Shown piece after piece: positions 38,070 through 49,124 of a DNA stretch of 64,000 nt. The stretch is from contig OZ024743.1 in NCBI GenBank assembly GCA_964016885.1, forward strand, positions 163,742,001-163,806,000, written 5' to 3'. Position 1 is the first letter of the stretch. The number at the start of each line of letters is the position of its first letter. This DNA comes from Eledone cirrhosa (lineage: Eukaryota). The translations under genes and the position numbers were made by a program. The notes below the pieces were generated by a model. That model searched no databases. It was not told the DNA's origin and was given only the letters and a program-made list of their open reading frames with translations.

Positions 38070-39035
38070 CTCAGCCCACACTGTAAAGTGGTAGCACTGG
38101 TGTCACATTAAAGTGTACCCAGCCCACACTGTAAAGTAGAAGCACTGGTGTCACACTAAAATACACCCATCCCACTCGGTAAAGTGGCAGTGTTGGTGTC
38201 ACAATATAATTGTTTCTACTTTTGGCACAAGGTCAGCAATTACCCAGTGCATTACTGGTACTTTATTTTATCGACCCCGTAAGGATGAAAGGTAAAGTTA
38301 ACCTCGGCGGGATTTGAACTCAGAATGGCAAGGGCAGTAACTCTATGCATCAAAGTGTGGCGTCAAACCCTCTACCGATACTGCCAATCCACCGTGTCAC
38401 AATATAATGCTCCCTATTCATGCTTTAAGGTGGTAATATTGGTGCCATAATACAATATATCCAATCTACTCTGTAAAATAGTAGTGCTGGTCTCAATAAA
38501 ATACACCCAGCCCACTATAAAGTGGTAATGCTGGTGACATTATAAAATTTACCCAGTACATGCTGTGAAGTGGTAGTGCTGGGGCTGTGATAAAATGCTT
38601 ATGGTATGCTCTGTAAAGCAGTAGTTTCTGTGTCAATAGCATGCACCCAGCCTACTCTGTAAAGTGGTAGTGCCGATGTCAGGATAAAATACACCCTGGC
38701 CACTCTGAACACTGGTAGTACTGATGCCTATTATCAAATGCACTCAGCCCACTCTGTAAAATTGTGCTGATGTCATGAATAAATGTACCTAGTATATACT
38801 GTAAAGTGCTTGTGCTACAAAAAGTGCACCCAGTTTATGCTGTAAGGTGGTAGTATAGGTGCCACAATAAAATGCACACACAAAACTCTGTAAAGTGGTT
38901 GGCTTTAGGAAGGGTTTCTAGCCATAGAAACTATGCCAAACTGAGGAAGTTGTGATCATCCAACCTGTCTAATCTCAGAACAATCTGTCCAACCCATGTC
39001 AGCATGGAAAACGGACATAAAATGATGATAATGAT
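38070..39035 (+). repeat. About 14 diverged 46-48-bp tandem units ending in the RTE/SINE 3' module
   Basis: Unit is roughly CACTCTGTAAAGTGGTAGTGCTGGTGTCACAATAAAATGCACCCAGCC; then GGTTGGCTTTAGGAAGGG..CCATGTCAGCATGG..(GAT)n. Confidence 0.85.
38211..38393 (-). mobile_element. Near full-length SINE inserted in the tandem array
   Basis: 15-bp TSD gtgtcacaatataat at 38196-38210 and 38394-38408. Confidence 0.9.
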
Positions 39036-39169
39036 ATGTGTATATGTAGTGGATTCTCTGTTGATTTCAACAATGAACATTTGGTTGTTTGACCAACTGA
39101 ACATCAAATTTGTGAATTAATAAGGTACAATATGTGTCAAAGCGGGACTTTTGAATTACAGGTTACAAT

Positions 39170-39337
39170 CCCTCCAGTGGGCTTTCACACAGTTTCTGTC
39201 AATTGAATTTCACTCACCACACTTGTGTTGTCCTGAGACCATGATAAACATTTATTGCCTTAGATGCCACACAGTGGGATCGAACCACGAACTTCATGGT
39301 TACAAAGTGAAGTTCTTAACCACTCAGCTGTGCCTGC
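39170..39337 (-). mobile_element. Second, older tRNA-derived SINE family
   Basis: Head GGCACAGCTGAGTGGTTAAG...GGTTCGATCCC. Related decayed copies at about 46065-46230, 51976-52430 and 55815-55925. Confidence 0.65.
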
Positions 39338-39339
39338 AT

Positions 39340-40660
39340 TCAACTTGGGAAGTCTGCTACAGAAACATTGAGCATGCTTTGGCAAGCTTATGGTGATGAG
39401 GATGTGGGTCATATGCAATGTTTCGAGTGGCACGGGTGCTTCAAATGCAGAAGAACATTCCTGGAAGATGACAAGTGTATATATATATATATAGTTGAAA
39501 ATTGCAAACTTGACTGTCACCACATATTATGAACCTGAAGATTGCGAAAGTATGAAAGTACTTGTTCAATTAACACTTAGAATTTAATATTCTATCATAC
39601 TATTTCATTATAATACCATTATAAATGTTAAAGGATTGTAAATAAAACGAGTAAATCAGACAAAGTTGGAATTCCTCTTATTAATATATATATATATATA
39701 CACACATGAAATGGTATCAAAAAGTTCTCAGACTATTTTATGTTTAAAAAATAAAACTAATATATTTACCTAAGTTTTAACATCATATCCTTCAAAATAG
39801 TCACCTTGCGCAATACACCGGTCCCAGCGTTCCTGCTGCTTTTGGAATCCGGCCTGGAAGTCGTTTTCTGTAAGTGAATCGAGGACCTTCTGCAATTGGC
39901 TCTGGATGTCAGCAGCAGTGTTAAAATGGCAACCTTTGAGCTGCATTTTCAGCTTGGAGAAGAGGTGAGAGTCTGCAGGTGCTCAATCTGGCTAATAAGG
40001 CAGGTTCGGAAGCAATACAATGTTGGTTTTGGCAAGAAACTCATGAGTGAGGAGAGCTCGGTAACAGGATGCATTGTCGTCATGAAGAATCCAATTCTTT
40101 ACACTCCACAGATCGGTCACTTTCGCCGAATGTCCTCTCTCAAAATGTTGCAGTAGAACTCTCAATTGATGGTCTGTCCCTGGAGGAATTCTTGATGCAC
40201 AATATCGTGGATGTCGAATAAAAGGATGAGCATGCACTTTTTTGAGCTGCGGCTCTGTTGTGCCTTCTTCCAACATGGAGATCAAGGGCTTTTCCACTTT
40301 GTCAATTGCTGCTTCATCTCTGGGTTGACCCGCAGTCCCAACTCTCGTCACTGGGGATCATCCTCGACATGAAGGATGAGTCATCAGTGGCACGCTGATT
40401 GGGATCTTGACAAACTTTGACGTGGTGTTCTCTGTGCTCAGGTGTCAGCATGGTGGGGTACAAACTTGGCAGCGACATGTTGCATGTTCAATTCAGATGT
40501 TAGGATTGCCTGCACAGACCCATATGACAGATCAACAACATCAACAATATTGTTGATTGTCCTCCGACAATCCTCATGCACAAGCTGATTAATTTTCTCC
40601 ACATTTTCGGGGGTAATGTTTGTGGCAGGTCTTCCAGATCACTTGTCATCTTCCAGGAAT
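39340..40660. mobile_element. Degenerate mariner split by an inversion (N-terminal part + strand 39340-39477; remainder - strand 39705-40660)
   Basis: LGKSATET..QAYGD..FEWH..FLEDDK on +; FLEDDK*SGRP..LHDDNA..LPY on -, ending in a TIR-like end at about 39705. Confidence 0.8.
39531..39567 (+). ncRNA. Minimal hammerhead ribozyme motif
   Basis: GAAC CTGAAGA T TGC-GAAA-GTA T GAAA GTAC TT GTTC: stem I GAAC/GTTC, GNRA-capped stem II, palindromic AGTACT stem III. Confidence 0.65.
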
Positions 40661-41710
40661 TTTTACTTTAGAATTTTAATTCCGCGAAATCACTATACAT
40701 ATTTTGATAGCCCAGCTCCATCATCCAATTATGATGCAAGACAAAGCAATCTCATCAGGTGTCATCTGCAGAATTATGTAACTGGTTTATGTTGAACCCA
40801 AACATATAATAGAAGATAGAATATAGAGAAAATAGAAAATTTGATTCAGAGACAGCCTGCAAATATCGATTATATCGAGGAATGAGTTGTAGTACACAAA
40901 ATTAGTTTAAAGGCACATTTTCTCATGTCAAATACACACATTTTGCTGTAGAATTATTTCCGCAGTTCATCAGTCCGACATCTTTGGTATGTAATGTATA
41001 TGAGACCAGGGCTGAATATTATATCATATACAAAAGTTTCGTGTAAATAAACTTCCTTGTAGCTGTCATCATAAAAATGTTTAACAACAAAGGGAGAGCA
41101 CCCTGGTGGTACCATTTCTGGTTCATTAACCATCATAAGAGAGGTTTACTCCTTTTCGTTACCAATACAAAATAAGCTAAAAACTTATAGTTTTTATGCT
41201 TATGATCATCTGCTGATTAAGCTTTTTGCATTCAGAGCAAAAGCTGGCAGGTTCAAATTAATAAAAGGTAGTGATACTTTGACATAGCATGATTGAGACA
41301 TACATGACTGGGATTGTATATTAAATCATATATAATACACACACACATATATATATTGCATATCTATTAATGCAAAAACTAATTACTCTTATGACCTCTG
41401 GACTCTTTTGCTTTTTTCTCTCTCTGTATGTAATTTAACCACCATCAATTAATATTCCTCTAACGATAACAGAAAATAAGATGTACCAGTTTTTACGGCA
41501 GCCTAAAACACACTTCTTCACTATATTTACCACTTTATCTTTTTACTCTGCTTCACTTGTATTCTTCAAGTGCTTGTCTATCATCAACATTTGATAATAC
41601 CTATCTGGTTAAATTCAATCCCTTTTGATATACAGATATTTATGTATCATGTATTGTGTAAATAATTGTTAATTAATTGTTTCTAATTGGCTCATTATTT
41701 ACGTATGCAT

Positions 41711-41900
41711 AAAAGGCGGTGGATTGGCAGTATCAGTAGAGGGTCGGACGCCATGCTTTGACGTATAGAGTTACGGCCCTTGCCATTCTGAGTTCAAATC
41801 CCGCCGAGGTTAACTTTGCCTTTCATCCTTACGGGGTCGATAAAATAAAGTACCAGTAATGCACTGGATAATTGCTGGCCTTGTGCCAAAAGTAGAAACA
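41711..41900 (+). mobile_element. Full-length tRNA-derived SINE
   Basis: A and B boxes; 17-bp TSD attatttac(g/a)tatgcat at 41694-41710 and 41901-41917. Confidence 0.92.
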
Positions 41901-42072
41901 ATTATTTACATATGCATGTTTAGAAACAATCATAGATATTAAAAATGGATTTAATTTGATAACCTTGGGTCTCTTCATTTTAAATTATATATATATGCTA
42001 TTACGTGAGTTGATGTCAAGTGGAAAGGTCATGTTCATTGATTGAGTATCACTCTAGTTTTTATTATTAATC

Positions 42073-42497
42073 TGGTAATTGGCAGTATCAGTAGAGCATT
42101 GGATAACGTTTTGTGGCATATAGTTACGTCCCTTTATGTTCTGAGTTCAAATCCCGCCGAGGTTAGCTTTGCCTTTCATGTTTACGGGGTCGATAAAGTA
42201 AAATACCAGTAACGCACTGGAATGGATATCATCGGCTTTCCCTTTCCCCTAAATCATTGGCCTTGTGCGAAAGGTAGAAACAATTATTTAGGGATTGGCA
42301 GTATCAGTAGAGTATCAAACAACGTTTTGGGTGTATAGTTACGTCCCTTTACATTCTGAGTTCAAATCTCGCTGAGGTTAGCTTTGCCTTTCATCCTTAA
42401 GGGATCGATAAAATAAAGTACCAGTAACACACTAGGGTTGATATAATCAACTATCCTCTCCCCCTAAATTGTTAGCCTTGTACCTAAATCAGAAACC
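42073..42497 (+). mobile_element. Head-to-tail dimer of a longer SINE variant
   Basis: Both monomers carry an extra segment of about 25 bp before the tail; outer TSD attattaatc at 42063-42072 and 42498-42507. Confidence 0.8.
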
Positions 42498-42842
42498 ATT
42501 ATTAATCCAATAATTAATCCATACATTAGTTTGTTAAACAGTCAGGTACATCGATACATACACACTCACATGCACATCTACTCTCTCTATCTTTCTCTCT
42601 CTCTCTCTCTTATACATTTACACACATGTATTTAATTAACATTGCATGTTAGCACACGCTGTCTTATCCGAGGTGCAACAAACTAAATGCCACCAGCAGG
42701 ATGTGATTGCATCTTTTATCAATCTGATATCCACAACCTAGCTTTTACCATCACTACATCCTACAAAAGCAAGAATAAGGTATACATGTGTGATACAAAG
42801 AAGAAAGTAAAGAAAGAGATGATGGTACATAGATATATTTAA

Positions 42843-43370
42843 CCCTTTTGATACCAGGCTATCTCTGGTTCTATGATAGAAACTGTTTATTTTTAAATGT
42901 TTGTATTTATCTAAAAACCTTCAATCATAATTGCATGTATAAACATTTGTTAAGTTATGTTCCGAACAACAGCTTAATAATATTACTAGATCCCTCTAAA
43001 TTCTTGAGTCTTTTCTTCTTCACCCACTTATTCCTGAGTGGATCATGGAGGCAGAGTCCTCAAACACTCCTTCCAGTGGGTCTTGTCAGAAGCAACCATT
43101 TCCAACTGATCCAGCTGGATACCCAAGCGAGACCAGTCAAGCCCATTGGAGCCTGTTTAAAAAATATATTGCTGTCTCCATTTCATGCCATAAAAATTGG
43201 CAATGGACCCGCAGCCTGTCCTGGTAGGTGTGGGAAGGACGCACAAAGATTGCGTATCTCGAGACCCCCAAAGAGGGATTCGGAAGAGAACAAACCTTAA
43301 TAATTAAAGGATAAATTCTTGAGTATTTTCAAAATTATTTCAAAGTAATAGGCATATGGTAAAGAAAGGG
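42843..43370. mobile_element. piggyBac-type (TTAA) MITE with nested RTE 3' fragment (about 43010-43140, minus)
   Basis: TTAA|CCCTTT...AAAGGG|TTAA. Related ends at about 17460, 46563-46775 and 51715-51935. Confidence 0.65.
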
Positions 43371-44298
43371 TTAAAAAGCAACAGTGTAAAGATGAAATCA
43401 GAAAATCAAAGGAAGAAAACTACCATTCCATACTATTACATTTGAGTTAATGCTCAAGTTGTTATAAGAGTCCTAATATCATCAGAAATACCTTTTTCGG
43501 TTCATTAGAATCTTTAATACACTGAAACGAATTCATCATCAAACAACAAGAAACATTCTTTTCAATTGTCTTCAAAACTGCAAGCAATTTTTAAGATGTT
43601 TTCCATTTATTGTTTGTAACTCTTTTTTTTTTGTACCTTATTTTATTTCATCTTCAAATATTTGCTGCACGATTTATTTAAAAGATGGCATTGATGCTAT
43701 GATCTTCACGAGTTGAAGTTCGTTCCGTTTGATGGTTGTAGAAACAGCTGTTAAAATGGAGGCACTCAGAAGCTACTTAGTCGTTGTTGCTGTCGTTGTT
43801 GTTGTTCTTCTTGTTATGACTATTTTCTAAGTTTCATTTGATTGGTAAAAAGGAAAAATGTTTGAAATATCTGAATACTTGTTTTGATAAACATAAACTG
43901 TGTCGGTTTATTGGAATATTGCAAAGACTGCTGCTAAAGAAATCAAAGCCACAACCATTTCTGGTGTTTGTCTGTGTGGTAGACATGGAAACACAAAAGT
44001 GCTGCCCTGCTATTGATTTTGTATCAGTGTCCACAAAGATAAAACTCAAGATATTTCACCCAAAGTAAATTACATTTCCAGCTGGCCTCTTTCATCTGAC
44101 TACAGGGGAAAGAAAGAGCAGGGATGGGGGATAGTTTTGATATTTACTACAGTTTCATAACTTGTCGTAAATGATATATTTGATTGTTTTTCTGGACACT
44201 GGATGTAGTGCACATACATGTTTATTGAAACAGCAGTCAGTGTAAATGTCTCTTTTAAGCTATAGGGAGCATGTTTATGCAGAGATATACTCATAGCT

Positions 44299-44333
<35 letters not shown>

Positions 44334-44539
44334 AAGTATTAAAGGTGCAAATTAATTGCGTCCTTAGGAAGTATGCCAATATGAGCACTCAATGTTCTTG
44401 GGGGAGCTGAGTATCAATAATAATTGTTTCTACTTTTGGCACAAGGCCACCAATTATCCCAGTGTATTACTGGTACTTTATTTTATCAATAATAATAATA
44501 ATAATAATAATAATATATAATAATAATAATATATAACAA

Positions 44540-44589
44540 ATCAGTGTTGCATCATATACATTCTTATATGTATATGATGCAACACTGAT
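44540..44589. repeat. Perfect 22-bp inverted repeat with 6-nt loop
   Basis: ATCAGTGTTGCATCATATACAT-tcttat-ATGTATATGATGCAACACTGAT. Confidence 0.9.
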
Positions 44590-47500
44590 ACTTTGTTCCC
44601 TTATATATTATTATTATTATTATTATATATATATATATAGACCATTATTATGCAGCAATGTATATTTCAACAAACATTAACAACAATCATTTTAAGGCCA
44701 TTACCCCTTCTAAAGCAAACGTTTGCTTTGTTGCATCTCATGATAAGCTTCTTCATTTTACCTTATCAACAGCATCCCTCCTCACTAACCTCCTGACTTT
44801 CATTTCCTCCCCTGTAATCTTTAACCATGTCTTTCTTGGTCTTCCACTTCCCCTACTTCCTTCCACATACATTTTCATCACTCCTCTCAATCATGTTCCT
44901 CAACACATGACCCAGCCATCTCATTCCATTTCTCTTCACAACATTCACCACTGGCTCTAGTCCCATCATCCTGTAATCCCTTGTTATATTTCTCTCTCAG
45001 TAGATGTTTCAATAAACAGATAATTCAGTGTTATCTGTACCCTCCTCAAGTTGGGGTGATTTCTTTGTGAGAGATTCTTCTGCCTTTCACAGGTTTTATT
45101 TTTAATCCATGCACCCTCCTCACCCAGTAAACTGGGTGGAGACTAGTTTAGCTGCTGGCCACCCAGCCAGGAAGCAGGTTGTACTGGGTGTAGCAGGTAG
45201 AATCTGTCCTAACTTAACCTAACCCCTCTTAATCACACAGTTCATCATCATCATAATTTTACATCCGATTTTTTCATGCTGGCATTGGTTGGATGGGTCA
45301 TCACAGTCCATGGCTAGTCAGGTAGAAAGAGCTCATCTTATACGTTCCATATTTAGCATGGTTGCCCTTCCTAACACTAACCATCTTACTGAGTGTACTG
45401 GGTGTGTTTTATCATGTCACCTGCACTAATACTTTACTGAGTGTACAGGGTGGATTTTATCATGTCACTAATACCTTACAGAGTCTACTGAGTGCATTTT
45501 ATCATGGCATAAGCATTACCACTTGACAGGGTGTACTGGGTACATTTTATTATGGCACCAGCACTACAATATTGCATCATGTACTAGGTTCATTTTAACT
45601 TCACAGAAACATTGTGCAACAAAACAAGGGTTTTGATTGACCTCTTCATTCTGTTTCAATTAATTAGCCATAGAAAATCTGCCAATTAAATAGTCAGGAA
45701 GACTCCAGCAATACCAAAGACATGACAATTCCTAGTTTTGCTGTCACAATAAAATGCACCTGGTAGAGTACAAGATCCTATTTTATTGTCGCTATCCCAC
45801 CCCTACCCCTGCCAACACAGAGGTCAGAGGCTGGCTGGTCTGTGATAACATATTCAGCCCTTGCTAGCAGGAAAAACAGTTGTTAGATGATTAAGATAAT
45901 GAGATTTCATTACTGAGATAGTAACTTAACATAAAATGGGGTGGTTTTGTTTCATAGAACCATAACCAGTTTTGCCCAGGCTGGAATTAAAAGGGTTAAA
46001 TGATACTGTCTATTTGAAATCATCCTGTTTAACCAGAACTGTAATAGAAGATCACAGGAATGGCTGTGTCATTCAGAAGTTCCCTTCACAACTATAAGGT
46101 TTTGTGTTGGATCTCACTGCATGACATTTTGAGCATGCATCTTCTACCTTAACTTAAGGTCGACCAAATTCTTTGGGATCGCTGGCTTAATATAACCCCA
46201 GCCTTGTTGAGCAAGAAGAAGAAGAAACTATGTGGAAGCCTGCTGAAGAGATGTTCTTGTTCAAGGATAGTAGAGTGATAAATCTTAAAAAATAGTAAAT
46301 TTACTCACATGAGGAATTACATTGAGAAGGACATGAATGTCACACAATCTTATTTCTCTTTTATTATATAGCTAAGTGTTGACTAAGCCTCTACAGAGGA
46401 GTCTCTGAAGAGGTTTAGTGAACACTTGCTTTGCTGAAACATAACTATGTTGTAAAAATAAAAGTGAATAAATAAACATATACTTTATTTTAGATATTAA
46501 TGATAAAATGATATTGTAATATATCTACAATTAACCTGCAGAGATTTCTAAACCTAGCCATGTTAACTCTTTTAACTGAAACTGTTTGTTGTAAAATCTT
46601 TATATTTATTTTAAAACTTTCCATCATAATTAAAGAACATTTTGTTAATATATGTTCCAAACACCAGCTTAATAAAAAGAAAGTTAGCTTTATTACTAAA
46701 TCCATCCATATTCTTGAATCTTTTGAAATTATTTGAAAATCATAGGTATATTATATATGGTAATGAAAGGGTTAAATGTAGTGCTGATTCACCATTGTTT
46801 TTATAACAAATTGTAACATATTCACTATGAACCCATAACCAATAAATATTTATATAACAAGTTCTAGTGTAACAAATATTATTAAGCAAGTGCGTAAGTT
46901 CAATGCTGTCAAGTATTTAATTGGTTAAGTATTACAAAGTGCTTAAACAGTTTAGTTTCATCACCAAGTATTTAAGTAGCTTAGCCAAATGTTTATAAGC
47001 TTATTATGGTTTGACTATATATTTTAAAAAGTTAATTATTTAGTTTTTATATAATAACTATTATATAGGTACAGTACTTTGAGTGTCTTCTATTATAGCC
47101 CAGTGTCTTTTAAGTGAAATTTAGTAGGCAGAAATTTCAAAGTCCATGTATATGTGTGTGTGTTTAGTGGTTCAACAAAAAGTGATATATAAAATATGAG
47201 ACTTGAGAAAAATAAGTACTGAGGTCAATATGGTTGACTGAATCAAAGCAAGTGCTCCAGCATGGCTGCAGTTTAATGACTGAAACCAGTAAGACAATAA
47301 AAGAATAACTGTAGTTCAGCATGTCATCTAAAAATGTTTCTGTTTAGCATTAGCACAAAATGTCTCAAAATATGTTTGTTAATTCAAATATTTATAGTAT
47401 CTTTACTTGTGAACAGATCATTGTGAAAATTTGCAATATTAGCATAAAAGAACACCATTATTTAATGTGATGCAGTCATAGTGCTGTTTTGTACTTTTCA

Positions 47501-49124
47501 GGAATGTCTTGCTAATGTGGCTTCATGAAGTACAGGCTGTTAATTGTTAAGGATTGTGGGTATGAGAATATTGTCACTCCTGTTATTCAATCCTTCATTT
47601 ATGTTAGACCTGATCTCGTTGGTCTATGATAAAGGCATTCTACATGTGGTCATCCCTTCCTGAATATGCTATAACTACATCATCCAGTGTGATTTGTAAG
47701 AGATCTGGCTGCTATTTTTAGCAAGGTGACAGACCACATTGAAGTTCCCCCATTAGCTCATTTCATCCATGTTATATCAAACAGCTAAATGCCACTTTGA
47801 ACAGTGTACTGTTTCTGCAGTGTTGGGTGTCTCATGTATTTCAACAGTGTATTGTTTTGGTAGTTTAGTGTAACTATGTATTCAAGCAATGTAGGCTCTC
47901 CTGTGTATTTCAACAACCAAATATTGTTTAAGAGTGTAGTATCTATCAATTAATGTTCAAACAGTACCAGTGTCCTTAATTATTTAAACAACAATGTAAA
48001 ATAAGAAAAGATGCCTCTGAGCTATGATGTGGCATTAAGTATTTAAACAACTTAGTTCTACTGAACTAATAACCAGTTTGGCTAATGCTCAGAAAGTACA
48101 TCTGTATGAAGGAAGGTCTTGTTGATGATTACGAATCAAGGTGTTGTTATCAACTTGTCGGGGGGGGGGGGGGGGGGGCAGATTTAGTGTACAATTGAAA
48201 AGAACAATTTTACTTCACAGTAGCCTGGTACCATGGAACAGGGTAGTTTTTTTTTTATGTTATCACTTTAAAACTGACCTCCTCACATTGAATGACATCA
48301 ACAATGTAAAGGGGGAGGGAGAGGGACAGATGAAGTAAGAATGCCATATTGGACAGCCAAATGAATCAAACACCTGAAGAATATGCAACTGTTAATCATT
48401 TGTATGTATATGTGCAGGGCATGATTTAATGTGAGGTGGGAGTGGTTGTAGCAATTTATTTGTGCCCTCTGCTGGGCTTTTTTAATTTTTATCCCTTTGA
48501 CAACAAGAACTATATTTTTAACAAAAAGTGTGCCCCAGCATGGCCTCAGCCGGATGGCTGAAACAGGTAAAAGAGGTAAAAGAGTAATGTCCTTACTGTG
48601 ACAAAATTCATCAAGTTTTCTCAGCTTTAGAGACATCAGATTGTTATCAGAACAATTCTAATAAAAAGTATTTGCTGGTATCACAAAAACAATGCATCCA
48701 GTAAACAGTCTAAAGTGATTCTGTTTGGAAGGGAGTCCAACCATAGAAACGATACCAAATGTGTAATGTTTGAGCAAGATGAGGTTGCTCCAATATGTCT
48801 GGTCTTGGACTGTGACAACCCATCCAGCACATGAATGTGTGGAAATTGGACATAAAATGAAGACGGTTAGATTTCTTGAATTTAATACCTATAATGTATA
48901 ACTTTTCAATTCCAATTACTTGTGCCAGCCCACTTCGACATGTAAAATTGGGGGTTTGCTGTGTATTGTAATTTTTTGTGTATGAGTTTCCCAGGCCCTC
49001 CAAAGTCTAAGTCCAGCCCTGTATACATGTGTGAGTGTGTGTGTATATATACATATGTGGGTGTGTATGTATGTTTAAGCAGTATAGTGTGACTAGTTGT
49101 TTAAACGTGAAACTAATAAAATTG

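Noticed and set aside
38070-38900. CRISPR-like regularly spaced repeats
   Set aside because: The whole 46-48-bp unit is repeated and diverged with no unique spacers; there are no cas genes and the context is eukaryotic.
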